A stretch of DNA of 61,765 nucleotides, the filler included, from Platydemus manokwari (lineage: Eukaryota), in NCBI GenBank assembly GCA_037951405.1. It is 5 parts of 5 records of this genome, joined end to end, with 100 filler letters (N's around TTAATTAATTAA, not from the genome) between each part and the next. Parts side by side here need not be neighbours in the genome. Positions count along the whole stretch, not along the records: positions 13,172 to 24,311 come from JBBMOY010884421.1; positions 24,412 to 37,565 come from JBBMOY011820278.1; 3 more parts are not named here. One strand, written 5' to 3'. Positions 16,401-30,700 of this stretch are shown piece after piece. The notes below the pieces were generated by a model, which was not told where the DNA came from, searched no databases, and was given only the letters and a program-made list of their open reading frames with translations. Made by a program: the position numbers and the translations under genes. Position 1 is the first letter of the stretch. The number at the start of each line of letters is the position of its first letter.

Positions 16401-19400
16401 AAAAATAAGACTTCAATCAATTATGTGCTCTCCTTCATTGTTTACTACTTCTTCCTATATTTCCACCAGTTTATTGATTCAATTTCGTCAGAAATCCTAA
16501 GGTCGAGTCTCGAAGAAGTTATTGAGCCAATTCTCAAGATGATTCTGACTTCTCATTTCATTTCAAAGGCAGCAGAAGAGATGGTAATCCGTCGGAGTGA
16601 GGTCTGAGGAATAGGGAAGATGTTGAAGGACCTCCGAACCTAGATCTTGAAGTGCTATCTTAACAATTTTTGCCGTGTGTGGTTGAGTATTGTCATGGAG
16701 GAGGACCATTTGGCCTTGCAGATCCGGTCGTCATTGTTGAATTGTCTCATTGACTTGATGCATTTGAACTTTACAGAGATTCTTCACTACTATCATATTC
16801 TTTCCAAGCATTTTCCAGTGGGTTAAACCTTCCCAATTCCACCATACGCAAATCATTTTCTTCATCTGGTGCAAGTCTTTCTTGATCCTTGGCTTAGGCT
16901 TCTCTCCAGGACTTATCCACTGTATTCACATAGAAACACCATTTCTCGTCTCCAGTATTTATTTTGTATAAGAAATGTTGCCTGTGGCCATGGGTTCCTT
17001 GGTGTCGATCGAGATTTTGAGCAGCAATGGAAGACTGCTTATCGTTTTGTTTTTGGGTGAGTTCCAGCAGGACCCAAACACTTTGCTTTGGAGTAAAGCA
17101 ATCGGCAGAAGTTGGTGTAAAATTGTCGCAAAATCACAATTCATCTTTTGGCCCAATTCTCCGCATGTCCGGCGGCTGTCTTCCTTCAAAAGATCCCCGA
17201 GGTGGTCTTCGTCCATCTCGATTGGTCTTCCGGAATGAGGAGCGTCGTTGAGGTCGAAATTATCGTGTTTAAACCTGGCAAACCAAGCAGTTTCCTCAGC
17301 TATAGCGTCTTCTCCATACACCACAAATATCTCTGATAGCTTCACTTACTTTTTGACCTGGATTAAAGGCGAAAAGAATGAGGTCTCGAAAATGCGAGTT
17401 TTTGTCGACTTGACAATTCATTTGACGGTTCTATAAAAACAAAAAATAATATGGGTAAAAACGATAACTTTAATCTTGTAGAGCATCATAGTACGGGCTT
17501 TCTAATGGTATGTAACACTTCGCCAAACATCAGGAAGTCTTTGTAGAACAAATAGTTTCATGTAACGGCAGGAACTTATTCAACAACCAGCTATTATTAT
17601 TATCCTTTAAGGCACCGAATGGTAACAATGATTATTATTAAGATAATTAAACGTCACCGAAGGCGCTATTTTTAATTTAAATCATTATTTTCCAGCTGAT
17701 CCCGAATCAAATATAGAAAACCTAGATTCAAATATTCAAAAAAACAGCAATCGAGTTAGTTGGTCCCCTAAATTTTCTCTTCGAAGCCATTTCGATTCGA
17801 TTAGATGCTTGAGTTTTCATGAAAATAAGCCCCTATTGATCACTGGAAGTGAGGATCGATGTTTGAAATTGTGGAATTTGGTCAAAACCTACCATTCCAA
17901 GAAATCGTCCAGCAACTGTGAAATGGAACCCATTTACACGTTCCGCGGTCATCGAGCACCAGTTCTGTCTCTGGTTGTCAATGATGAAGTTTGTGGATTT
18001 TTTCTCATGACAACATTGATTTAGATATAACATTAAAGACCGTTTATTCCGGTGATCTCGATGGTGATGTCAAAATATGGAATATTCCATCACGTGTCGA
18101 GTTGTATGACGAATTTAATTCTTCGGTATCGTCTGAAGTTACTCTCAAGCATCCCAACGCTGTTTGGTCGATGGCTTATCAGGTTATTGATATTTTGCTT
18201 TCTCGATTTATTTGGCCGGCTCTTTAATATTTATTATTGATTATAAATGATTGTTTTCAAAGTCACAATGAAATTATAGGTTTTAATATTGATTTTTGCC
18301 AACATATAATGATAATAATAATAATTATTATTAATATTATTATCATAATATTTTTAAACAAAACAAGAATCTTAAAGACTTGTAGCTCACAGAAGTACTC
18401 TACTATGGTTTCTGGAGTCTTTTGTCGCAAATTGATCCAGCAATCACAGATTATTTTCAATAGAATTGACAGGTTTTTTCTATTAGAGCGTTGATATCAT
18501 ATCTGTGGCGGCTACAAGTGTGAACTATTTCATCAACTGAATTATTGATTTATTCAGAGTTGAATAAAGGAGCTTTGAAATTTGAAATGAAATATAACAT
18601 ATTGATTGTGAAATAATCAATTGGCAACATCCGACGAAAATTTATCCAATAAATTAATTTAAAAAGATATTCAAATATCTTCCAAGTCATTTTATTCGAT
18701 AAAATTATCCTTAATTTTTATTGGTTTGTTATTATTTGTGTAATATTGATTATAGTACTGATTTCTAAACGGTAACTTACAAATTCTTTTTACTGAATAT
18801 TACAGATTTGGCATTAGTGAATCGTGAAGACCCTGTATCAAGGATATTTCCTTTGATAATAAATGGGAACATTAAAAAAATGAAAAAAATCATAAATATT
18901 TAATTGAGGTGTAGTTAATCTAATTTCTTTCAAATAAATACGGATCAGTAATGTCATTAACGGTTTCTATGGCTACGCTTGAGAAATATTGTTATAAAAA
19001 TTAAACTGAAAAATATTATGGGAAACTCATTTTAAGAGTTTAGAAGCCATTGATTTATAAAGATTTTTAGTCGATCTGATTTTTTAGGGAAATATGGAGG
19101 AAAATTCTTTTCTTAAAGTATAATGATTTGTTTCCATTAAAATGACCACGCCATGTATTTGTTTATCAGGACTTGTTAATAATTTTATGATCGAAATTAT
19201 GTACACAGACTCTTTACATCACAAACACTTTGTTAATACAATGATAATTGTATTTTGATTTCAATCTCGTCATACTTTCTCTTCGAACCTATTTTATTTT
19301 TTCCTACAATCTCAAATGAAATTAAGTTTATAGATTATTAAATAGGAGTAACCGTAAAATTTTGAAATGAAATCAGGATGTTGTTTTAGCTGTTGCTAAC

Positions 19401-22400
19401 TGATTATGAATGTGAAGTTCAATTGTATAGCGTTTATTAGAAAGGAGGACTAAAATTATGGACTACTACTGTGGACTACTACTCGTTGGGGTTACCAATG
19501 TTTCAATCAGTTAGCTTTAAGGTGTGCAATGTACCTGTGCTCTGAAATTGATCACGATTGAAATCAGCGAATGCTGTCCTACTTGCTGTGCCACTATTTA
19601 CTCCTTTACCATGAAGAAAATTATGATTGGAAATTCAGTGGTTTCTATCCATGTGGTCAGTGAAAATGAGATTAGTATCCTGAAAATCTATGGATATTCG
19701 AAATATTTTCTGCAAAAAAATTGATGAATTTCAATGACATTATACACATTTAATATATTATAAGAGTTCACAACAGTTGCGAAAAGTTTTCATAATTTCA
19801 ATCACAAAAATTTAGACGTCAAAGAAAAACTACGTTTGATCTTGTAAATTAAGAAAGGTAGGGAGAATTTTCATTTTAATAATGGTTCTATCAATCAAAT
19901 CTCAACGAGGTTTGTCAAATATGAACCAACAATTTATGAAATTGACCTATCTGTTTTCTTAATTTCTGTTCCAGTTAGCAATAAAATCTCGAATTAAGAA
20001 CATTCTTCACATTTATTTGTTGTATTATTTTATTGTATTCGTTGAAGCCTAATTCACATCAAAGGTTAATACAATCGAAATAGCTTTTATTTAATCTCAA
20101 GCATTTTAAACATAATTCACAGAAATAATGCCAATCATACTATAAGAAGTTTCTACCAATATTATTGAACTTACTAATGTCACGTGATCCGTCCAAGAAA
20201 AATAATGACACTAAAGAAATGAATAAAATCAATTATGCATCTCATATTCATCTGAAACAATTATTATTGTTTTGCAATCACGGATAATTAGTCGAAGCAG
20301 GTTAATATCATCTCACTCATTCAAGGAAAAATAATTTAGTGAAAAACAAATTGAAATAAAAATTTAAATTTCAAAAATTTGGCTGAGATTATCAATATTG
20401 CAGCTTTATGTTTTCTTCAATGGGTTATCTGAACTGAATTGATATTTTTAATTCAATCGTGAAAATTAATTGATTTTTATCATTAATCTTGCAATTGATT
20501 AAAATCCATTCTAATAAAAATTTATAATTTTAATCATCTTTTAAAGTTATTAGGCTTAAATGTGCCGTGATTATCGAAATTATTACTTTCCACGAACTCT
20601 TATCTTTTCTGCAAGTGATATTTATTTAATTCATTAATAACAATTTGTTGAGTATTGAAAATTTAAATCATCTTTGTTGATTGCCTAAATTTATTCATTC
20701 TCGGGACGTAAATCAGAAATCATTTTTTAACAGAACAAATATATTATTTGTTACATCAATTTTAAAATCATTTGTCTTGCAATTCATTAAAATAAATTCG
20801 AATAAAAATTTGTAATTTTAATAATCTTTTAAAGTTATTAAGCTTAGATGTACTGTGATTATCAAAATTATTACTTTTCCCCTTTTATAAACATAAATCT
20901 AATGATATTTGTTGCAGTACGAACCATAAGATATTTATTTTTACATCCATTTTCGGCTTAAGTTAAGAAAAAAAATTTCATTTTAGGACCCCTTTTTTTA
21001 ACTTTAGCCCAATTTTCAAACACATTTTAAAAACATCAGATTTTTCTACATTTTGGTCAAAATAAAAAATTTCAGACATTTTATTATATTCTTTGTAACA
21101 GACATTTCAATTTTATTCTGTACTGAGAGTTAAACAGTATTGTTTAGCAAGACCCTTGGCTTTTATAAATATTAAAATAGTCCATTTATTTTTAATATAA
21201 TCTTCAAATAGTTTTGATATTATGTTGATTTTAATTGTTTATCGCATTTTTAAAAAATCATTTTATTTACTTTAAAATAAACCTTACAACAATTATCTAA
21301 TTAATTTTTTATTCGAAGTCACAAAGTAACATTATAGATTGTTTTACACAGTTAATTGCATTTCTTTCATTTGCAGTAATTCAATCCTGATTTTGTTAAA
21401 TCTACCACCGAACTAACTGTTATTCTATCTTTAGCTATTTCTCATAAATTCTGACAATATTTTTAAAATTACGAAATATCTTTTTGTACGCAACTTCAAC
21501 TAAATTTATTAAAATGATATTAAAATTCAAAGGAAGGAATTTAAAATTTTTTATTGATATTAAACGTGATAAATCACTAATTAGGATCACATTAGCAGAC
21601 TTCGACTACATTTTTAATATAAGTATTTTAGTAAAAATATTAAGAACATTTTCATTTTATAAATTAATATTGCTTGTGAAAATCATTCTCATTCAAAATA
21701 ATTTAGTAAATACAAACATCATTAAATTAAATGAGCGATTTATTAGAACACAATTTTGAAACACATCGATTGAATATACTTTTTACTGTTTCTGTTCGAA
21801 CCAGGATTGCTGAATATTATGTGAAAAGAAAGAATACTTTATTATGTTTGTTTTATGACTATCAGCGAGGTACATGTAACAAGTATTTCTTCTGTAATTA
21901 GTGTTCCTCTGTTTCGCTGAAGAAAAAACTGTGAATGACATGGAATTTCTGATATAATTGCTTGTTAGGCATTGATCAATACATTAAAAACTTGAAATGG
22001 AGCTCTTTCTGGGACAAAATATTGAATATTCGAAATCCAATTACTTTCAGGTATCAAGTAATTACAACTTTCACTTTCTTCTTGAACTGCATTTGAAATA
22101 TTTTCGCAGAAAAATGATCTAATCTGTCTACTAAATTGTAATTATATCAATGTAATGTCAATATATATACTACTCACAAAATATTCCCCATGTAAGTGGC
22201 AGTTTTCAAAAACCAAATCTTATTGAGATTACACCCAATGAAGCAGCAATTTATATCCAAATCAGCTAAGATCAATCATTCTAAGAATATAAAGTTGAAT
22301 CATTAAATGAGCTATTTTATCTTTGCCGATTTGATAATTGAAATTATTGTTTTCAAAGCAAATTGATTTTTATTGAACTCATTCTTTCTGGGAATTTCTA

Positions 22401-23877
22401 TTGGTTGAAGTATTTATTTCACTTATTTTAAATTTGCTTATTACATAATCTGAGAGATCTCTACAATTATACAAGAGCACTTATAAACTTTCAAATATTC
22501 AATATTCTGCCCTGGACGGAAGTAATTATTAACTACCACAAAAGTGGGAGGATTCGATCTTGTTGCCGGACAAATAAATGTTTATCAAATGGTTCGAAAC
22601 CACATGAAAAATATTAATGAAATCTTTTTACATCCAATGGACATGATGTGTTTAAATGTATATCTCTTATACAGGAAAGATGATAGCAACGTCGATAGGT
22701 TACCTATTCTCATCGAAATTGTCAAAAAATGTGGTTTCTTCTTTGGCATTAAAACCATCTAGACTTATTCAGAGACATTTTGGTGAATTACAAATCATCC
22801 AACTCTTCAAGAGTAAGCCTAACCCGGATATGCAAATTGTGTCATTCAAAAATTATTAAAAGATAATAGAGATTCTGGTGTGGTGATTGTAGTATTACTG
22901 TGTGTATGGTATACGGAGTATTACTTCACGGAGTCTGGTACTCCAAATTAGTTCTTTGAAAATTGAAAATGTTTGATTTATAAATTAAATACAATAAACA
23001 TTTTTGTGACGATAAAATAAGTGGCGATAAAATCAATAATATAAGCGGTAATGGCATTTTTCCCCATGGTGAAATAACTTTCGCAAAATTGTATTCTCTG
23101 GTTAACAGGTTATGAAAAATTATTTTCAGTTTTCTTTATTGTCAATCAATAAAATGCGAATTATTTAATGATTCTCAGTACTACGCGTTACTCCACGAAG
23201 TATTGTTTTTTGAATCTATGTGTTGTCTAGCTAATGGCTTGTCTTTATTAATATGTTTCTGCCTTTAAGATTTGGAGATTCCAGCTTTGATTAGAATAAT
23301 ATTTAGTATAATGGATTTAAAAATCGATAAATATAAATATAAATGATTTTTTAGTAATCCGAGATTGAAAACAAATTTATGAATGTAAATTTTTTCACTA
23401 TTTTCAATCTATTAAATAGAAATTTAGAAATTCACCATCGATATTTTCGGGATTTAAGGTTCACTTTACCACTATTCATCATTTGAGACTGGATTTGAAA
23501 CTACAAGATCTATTTTAAATTTATTGCGATTTTACCAAAATAAATATTTTAAACTTTCTTATTATTTTCGTGCAGTTATATTTTCTGTTGACATATTTTC
23601 AATTTTAATCTGAAAACGTCAATCTATGCTTGAATTAAATGCTTACAGAAAGCCGCCAATACCCTCTTATCGGGTTCTGCCGACGGAACTGTTAATCTGT
23701 GGGATACCTCATCTTCAATGGAGAAGCCTGTGAGAAAGTTGTTTTTATCCAATTCAATGATTTCGTCAATGTCTTTCTTCCCTCCGAATAATGATAGCTT
23801 TGTTGTTGGTAGCGGAAATGGAGATGTCTTGTTAATTAACGCAGAAACTGGACAAACTATTTGCTCTATTGCCTCAG
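13401..23877 (+). CDS. STRN: Striatin-family STRIPAK/PP2A B''' scaffold, 3'-incomplete; exons 13401-13541, 13590-13855, 14309-14492, 14543-14588 (tentative), 15993-16229, 17696-17988, 18039-18182, 23649-23877
   Basis: RAQWNVEKAELQ|ARIAFLQGERKGQENLKVDLIKRIKMLEYALQQE (striatin coiled coil); RQFLVDNGY..RESRVKQLLGL; LGELASLTIVNEA; WD40 repeats WSPKFSLRSHFDSIRCLSFH, EPIYTFRGHRAPVL, LLSGSADGTVNLW. All joins are GT-AG with consistent phases. Remaining WD exons are not found after the gap at 24312. Confidence 0.92.
16328..17591 (-). mobile_element. Full-length but decayed mariner (DD34D-type) element in a striatin intron
   Basis: TIRs ctgggttgttgcataagttcccaccgtt (16328) and aacggcaggaacttattcaacaaccagc (to 17591), with TA on both flanks. 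Transposase from ATG 17421: MNCQVDKNSHFR..., FDLNDAPHSGRP, TGDEKWCFY, HDNTQPH, YSSDLTPTDYHLF; frameshifted. Confidence 0.93.
20488..20880. repeat. Local ~105-bp diverged direct repeat (20488-20590 / 20776-20880)
   Basis: cttgcaatt..ttaaaat...catcttttaaagttatt..gctta.atgt.c.gtgattatc.aaattattactttcc occurs twice. Confidence 0.8.
22520..22910 (+). mobile_element. piggyBac (PGBD4-like) transposase C-terminal remnant
   Basis: INYHK..GGFDLVAGQINVY...IFLHPMDMMCLNVYLLY (YN..MGGVD..DQ block); PSRLIQRHF; RFWCGDCSITVC (C-terminal Cys-rich domain). Confidence 0.7.
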
Positions 23878-24238
23878 GTAAGAAATAATTTGATATTCCA
23901 AATTTAAGCTATAATGAAGTTGTGCAAATAATCTTCATGCTATCTGGGGCTACACAAGAAATCCAGGATTGACATTACAAGATCTAAATAAATGGTAATA
24001 AGTTTAGTGGTGCGGGAAAGAGAAATATTAATGAAATATTAGATAACCATATTAGTTATATTCTTAAAAAGTTTTTAACAAAATCATTAAAAATTGGATA
24101 GGCAGTGAAAATTAGATAAAATCTTAGGATTCTGATAAACTGAAAATTTATCAGTGGTATTTCCAAATGCAAGAATATATCTCAGAGAAAATACTCGAGC
24201 CTGGTGACGGAATCGTCCCCACTTTTCTTAGCTATGTA

Positions 24239-24311
24239 TTAGGTTGTTGGGAAAATAATGGCCGTTTGTAAACGTATACTTTAAAATACTATAACTCGCT
24301 TTAAAATGAAC
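24239..24311. mobile_element. Mariner-like terminal inverted repeat truncated by the contig end
   Basis: TA + TTAGGTTGTTGGGAAAATAATGGCCGTTT resembles mariner TIRs (TTAGGTTGG...AAGTAATTGCGGTT type). Confidence 0.55.
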
Positions 24312-24411
24312 NNNNNNNNNNNNNNNNNNNNNNNNNNNNNNNNNNNNNNNNNNNNTTAATTAATTAANNNNNNNNNNNNNNNNNNNNNNNNNNNNNNNNN
24401 NNNNNNNNNNN
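24312..24411. other. Artificial contig linker
   Basis: 44N-TTAATTAATTAA-44N. Confidence 0.97.
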
Positions 24412-25850
24412 GGATATAAAAACCACTTTTTGCAAATAAGATTCTGTTTTAGATTCTTTTATTTTATCAGTTACAAAATGGGTTTTAACTAGCTCCTAAT
24501 GAGTTTTATTAGCCTCTTTGTTTTATTTATTGCAGTTTTAATCCCTTCGGGTAGTCCAACTGCTAATAGATTGGTATATACCAAAGAATCTTCAAGAATA
24601 TTTTAAAAATTATGATGAAATTATTAATAATTATAACGAAAAGATATAATAAAATATTCCCTCTATTCAAAAAGTAGAACATTTACCAGTAAAATGGAAA
24701 TAATGAAATTGCGATGAAACCCCATATCGATTAAACTTCTAAAACCTCGGAAGATAAACATGTTTTAGACTAAAAAATAATATATCATATGAATAATTTT
24801 CCCAATCTATTAGTTAGAGAAAAGATGGAAAGATTGATCATACAAGATATTGTGAAAAGTCAGTGTTTAACATAAAAGAATATTTGAAAATGAATCATAT
24901 CGCCAAAAAGAAAAAATTTTAAATACCAGATGAAGAATTACAGAAATTAATATAACATAAAACATCTAGATGATGATCTAACAAACTTGGCATTGCTATC
25001 CAATGATTCTTTAGCCAAAAAACTACAGCATAAATATAAGAAAATTTTAAAAAATCTTGAAATAAAAATATTTGCAAAGGATAATTCTGTAGATTTAGTT
25101 ATAATGACTTCAAAATCTAAAGAAGGTTTTAAATTGGTTTTGGTAATTATTGATTTGTATACAAAATATGGATGGTGTATTTCGTTTAAAAAAAGGAAAA
25201 ACATTTGTGTTTTGCGAAGCTTTTGATGAATGTAAAAGATCAAAAAATTCTAAAATTTATTTGGTTTTTTAAATAATCACATCAAAAATTTTTGCTGTTA
25301 GAATTTCGAAAAATATTCTGTGGCAAAATCCATAGGTGTCGGCAATTAAAAATGAGAAATTGAACCATTACAAAGTATAGTTGAGAGATATAATAATAAA
25401 ATGTATTCAAATATTGATGCTAGCCCTATAGAAGCAGGTAAAAATCCTGAACTTATTAAAATAAATATTGTAACGTATAATAAAAAATAAAGATTTAAAA
25501 GATATAAAATATAAATATAAATATAAAACAAATTTGGAAAATTTTATACTACTAAATTTACAATAGAAATTCTTAGTATTTTAAAGGTTTGCCAAACAAA
25601 ACCTATTACTTATAGATTAGTATCTTTAAAACTTAAAAAATTTCGCAAGGTTTTTTTGTATTGAATTAATATACCTCAACCGTAGTAATAATAAGAGTTA
25701 AAATCATGAATGTGGTTCAAATTCCAGTAAAGCTTACGTTCTAATACAACGGAGGAAATGTAGTATACCTGTTATTAAAATTGAGATCAAATTAATTTTC
25801 GAGAAATTATATATATCCAAACCTGGTGTATATTAAAAATTTATCCACTA
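24412..25850 (+). mobile_element. Polinton/Maverick remnant with decayed retroviral-like integrase
   Basis: LAKKLQHKYKK...DNSVDLVIM...EGFKLVLVIIDLYTKYGWCISFKKRK matches the Polinton integrase (LA.ELH....ADLVDM..GYKY.L.VID.FSKYAW). Downstream FTIEILSILKVCQTKPITYRL. ctggtgtatat at ~25823 resembles the 9469-9557 hairpin arm. Confidence 0.8.
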
Positions 25851-27741
25851 TAATTCGTTATATTTTTTACAAAACTATCATGTAATGTACACAGAAAAAT
25901 TCCCACACAATACAAAATAACTTAAATAAAGGCATTGAGCAAACAATCGAAATAACATCAAGGTCGCACATAAAAAAGAAATCTTTGACAAAGTACATTC
26001 CGTGATTAATAATTTTAATGCGAACTCTTTAAAAACCTAACAGATTCATTAAAGCGAGATTGACGTCGATTATTTTCACTTTATTGATGTGAAATAAATA
26101 ATGTTACATCATTTTATAACAAATTATTAATTAATGAGATCTTAGATGCAACTTTATATAATATCATTGACTACATGAAATCGAATAATTGCCTTTCACT
26201 TTAAAATTTCATTTCATTCAACAAAGTTTTTCAATAAAATCGATACGTGTTTTACAAAAACTTTCTTTGATATACCAATCTGCAATGCCTCGTTCTTTTG
26301 TTATACAAAGGCCATAATGATTCAGTAGGTTTTTGTACTTCGTTCTGAATATCAGCAAACCCAAATGTTTCGCTAACAATGAATTGTCATGTGTTATTGA
26401 TTAATTTGCCTATCAAATCACTTAAATCCAATATCGAATACATCGAAATCTCAAAGACTTGACTTTGAATTCCACTTTAATTCTTGTAGCTCTCCACTGG
26501 ATGATACCAATCTCGATGATCGGTACAGTTTCCACCCGTAAAATTTTTATTTAATCTGGCAAAATTATTGGCCAATTGATAATTTGTAATATATTTATTT
26601 AAATCACTCACCGACTCAACTTTAGGAAACACAATCAATTTATTTGTTTTAAAAGTTCCGATTTCAGCATTTTTTTTTCATTGATATCAACAAAAACTGC
26701 CATTGCTTGGCTTGCATTGATAATATTATATATCGATGGATCACCACTACCACATGGTTAATTGCTGTCATTCAATAGTTTGAAACTTGCATTGGTGGAG
26801 TTTCCTTCAAACTGAAGTACAAATATTCATCAATATTTATCATAAATTTAATTAAACTTAGAATAATATTATATCGATTATCAATAAATATTGTCACAGT
26901 TGGGGCACATTGTATTAGATTGGCAAGTCTCACAAAACCGATATAATTTGCATTCAAATTCCAAGATCGGTTCAATTTAGAAATAATAGGAATTTAATAG
27001 ATTTGATATTCGATATGGATAGGAAACTCGAATAATGGACAATATACTTAAATAATATTCTTTAAACAAAATTTGTTTTAATGATATCATTATTAGGAAA
27101 GTAATTAAATTATTTTATTCTTCACTGGCCATTGAACAGAGTTTCTTTTATCTACTTTTCTATCATGTATGACAATTTCTTTGACGACCATTTTAAAAAG
27201 ACTATAACGATGCAAAGAAGCAAGAATAACATTCAAATAATTGGAATAAAACTGAAGTGGAATTCAAAAACCGTTTATGAAATCCATTGTGGAATTATTT
27301 GTTTCATTGGTATTTTTATATTTTTCTCTTTCATATGTGTTTTGCAATATCCCAATATCGTAAACCCAGTATTGTTGTTTCGTACTTTTGAAATTATTGT
27401 AGAAATCTACCATGCGTGGGAATCACAATTTTATTTTGTAATTATTATTTGAAAAGATATTTTAAAATAATTCCTTCTTTAAGATCGAATTGTTCTGCAA
27501 TATCAACAGCTATTTCGTTTTGAATGCTTAAGGTACTTTAAATGTTGCATACATTGTTCACCAATTAAATTTAATGATAAAAATTATTGATAATTAACTC
27601 CAAAATAAATATAATCGCCATATATTTGAAGAATTATATAAAATACAAGTAGAACATAAATCTAATTGTATCAGTGTTTAAGTTTATTAAGCTTTGTTTT
27701 AATGGTTCAGCATATTCCAAATCAATTCACAATATTTTCAA

Positions 27742-30700
27742 ATGATTGAGTTGATCACTCTCCTATTCGATATAAAAGTTGTACTTTTATTTATTGCGGT
27801 TTACTTGATTTACAAGTAAGGAGAATGGTTTCTCGTTGAATTCTGTAATAAAATCCATTAGATTCGGAACGATAAAACATGATTTACACTTGAGACTCGG
27901 ACAGAAAGGTCCACAACCATTACCGTTTCTGGGAAATTTACTTGCCTTATCTATACATGGCATGCATAAATATGATGTGGATTGCATCAAAAAATATGGC
28001 AAAATTTATCCGTATCGATTTTTTTTTATTATTTATTACTGATAAATGTCCAATAGAACGTATTTTGGTGGTATAAAAATGATAATGGTGGCTGACGAAG
28101 AAGTGTTGAAACAGATGTTGGTGAAAGATTTCAAATGTTTTACGGATAGAATGGTTTGATTAATTTTTCGTTATATTTAAAACCAGAAGAATCATACTTT
28201 TACAATAATAAAATTTTAAATGAAAATTTCCTTTAATTCGTGAATTACAATGAAGAATCGTTCTTAACCCATTATTCTTCCTTAATTTCCATTATTTTAT
28301 CTACTTTTTGTGAAGGAGATTTTTCTTGTTTTAAAATATAGCCAATAATATTTTAATTTTCAAGACTGTTTTCTCAATAAATCAGTCTCGATTCCAACGA
28401 TTTCTCTTAGTAGTTTCTGCTGTTCTTGACTACCAAAATGGAACCTTAAATTTCACCGAGTCTTTTAATATTTTTTTGCTTTTAAGTTAGATATCACCAA
28501 TAATGATGAAAACTATAATTATATCTATAATATTAATATATTTATTTATAAATAACTATTTTATATTGTAGAATCTTGGTATTACAACAAAAAGAACGGA
28601 GAAAATGCTAGGAATTTTACAGGGTAAAGATTGGGAAAGAGTGAGAAGCTTGTTAAGTCCAACATTTACATCTGGTAAATTGAAAAAGGTGATGCCAATA
28701 TTTAGTAAATAAATATAATCGCAGTAATTTAATGAAATTAGTGATTGATTTGGATCACTTTGACAATTAATCGTTGACATGTAATTTCATGATGATGATG
28801 AAATAATCACTTGAAAATGAATGATTGGCACTGAAATCTCTGATAAATATTTTAATTAATATTTAATCGGTTATTGTCATAAAATTAATCGGAAATAAAC
28901 AACCCGAAATAAAATAAAGAACATTTAAAAATTAAAACAAAATTACAATCACATGATGGTGATAACTCTACTTGTGAAATCTACAAGTTGGTATTGACTT
29001 TGTACTTCTCTAGTCTCCAAATTACGTCAATAAGATATACAATTACCATTCATTTGACGAAAGACTGCTTTCTTCAATAGGTTAACCTGAAAAACTTGAA
29101 AGTCTGAAATCAATGAGGACGGCGAATAGGAAAGTAACTAATAACTTTTACGGAAAAATCCAAAATGCGCTCACTAATAAAGAAATCTCAGAAAATTAAA
29201 GGAATAGAATATTAAAATTGATAAACTCTTGCAAAATCCTGTTGCTGTGGAAACAATGAATCTTTATCGATTCTTTAGCTGAATTAACTAAATCTCTGAA
29301 AGAGCAAATGACAGTTTGTAAACCATGCTTATATACGCATGGAATTCCTATAACGTGATTAATTAGACTAATATTTCATCTATTTTCTGTTAAGAAGTCC
29401 TTATTCAATATTCTAAAATATCTGCAATTTCTTTAAGAATTTAATTAAAACCTTGTAATTATTCGAAAGTTTATTGGATATCTTCAGAATGTAAGGAAAT
29501 TGATCTCAATTTCATTATTTCTATGCTGCAAATTTCGCATCAGATTAACAATGAGGAGTTTTTAAACGGATTCCTTAATTCATTAAGCATAACATGGCAC
29601 ATAAGAATATTTCTTGTTGACTGATCGTCATCAACAAATGATCTCTTAAATACAAATAGCTCTCTTGGCATGTAACGATTCCAGAGTGAAGTCAATAGTC
29701 AGCTTACAAAGGCTGTACAGGTCTACCGAATAATAAATAAATGATTGAGAAATGTATCATGAAAACTGAATAATATCAATAAGATTGTCTACAAAATACT
29801 TTTGTGATATTTGGTGTCTAATGTGTTCAAAAAATTATTTAGATGTCATTAATGATTTCGGAATCCACCGAGATTTTAAAGAAAAGGATAGACGAGTACC
29901 CCGAAAACCAATCGATCAATTTCAAAGAGTAAGTGATATTGAATTTGGATTTGAAATTTTAATAATAAAAATAGGTATTGATAATATAAATCGGAATAAA
30001 TTAAAATGGAACCACAATAGTAAATGGTGGTGAATGTGAACGTAATTTTGGCAAGTTCGAATTCACCAATAACCAAGTGATTTAATAAGAGATTATTGAT
30101 TCTATAAAATAGTGATAAGAAATAAGTGTGCTAAACTCGTCCCGAAACTGGGTTATTCCTTGGAATCCTCGTAGATTTAATAAGCAATACCTATAATTCT
30201 GGCATTGATAATAATAGTCATAACGATTATAATAGCAGTGATAATTGAGGCCCAGTGGCTATCTTCAGTGAACACAGGATAATGAATAGAAATCTAGAAA
30301 TATCCAGATCTGAAATCTAAAAATTATGAACAATATTAGAGCGAATTAAATCAAAGTTGAGTAATTTAGATTCGAATCCAGTAATCGCGGAAATTAACGA
30401 ACATTGGATTCGACAGCTCAATTTATACTGATTGTTGAGCGGAATTAACTCTGTAACTTGTCTGTCATAATAAAAGCTGTTAATCATCATAATTATTAGC
30501 TATAGCTTCAGCAGTATTGCATCATCTATTATATAAAGTACTGATTAAAATTTTCATATATTTTCATAGGTCAAGCTGTACTTCAAATAACGCAATTGAA
30601 CTCATCAAACATATCAAGTTTTCAAAATAATAATCACGTGTTTAAATAGATTGAATGAGATAACTGATCTAATGTGTCTGATCTGGTCTCGTTTTCATGT

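Noticed and set aside
18806-18890. Possible extra exon (DLALVNREDPVSRIFPL) in the long striatin intron
   Set aside because: No clear donor or homology; striatin exons 18182 and 23649 already join in frame.
30130-30420. Hydrophobic stretch IPIILALIIIVITIIIAVII as a viral envelope TM remnant
   Set aside because: Explained by (ATA)-rich low complexity; flanked by stops with no other env motifs.
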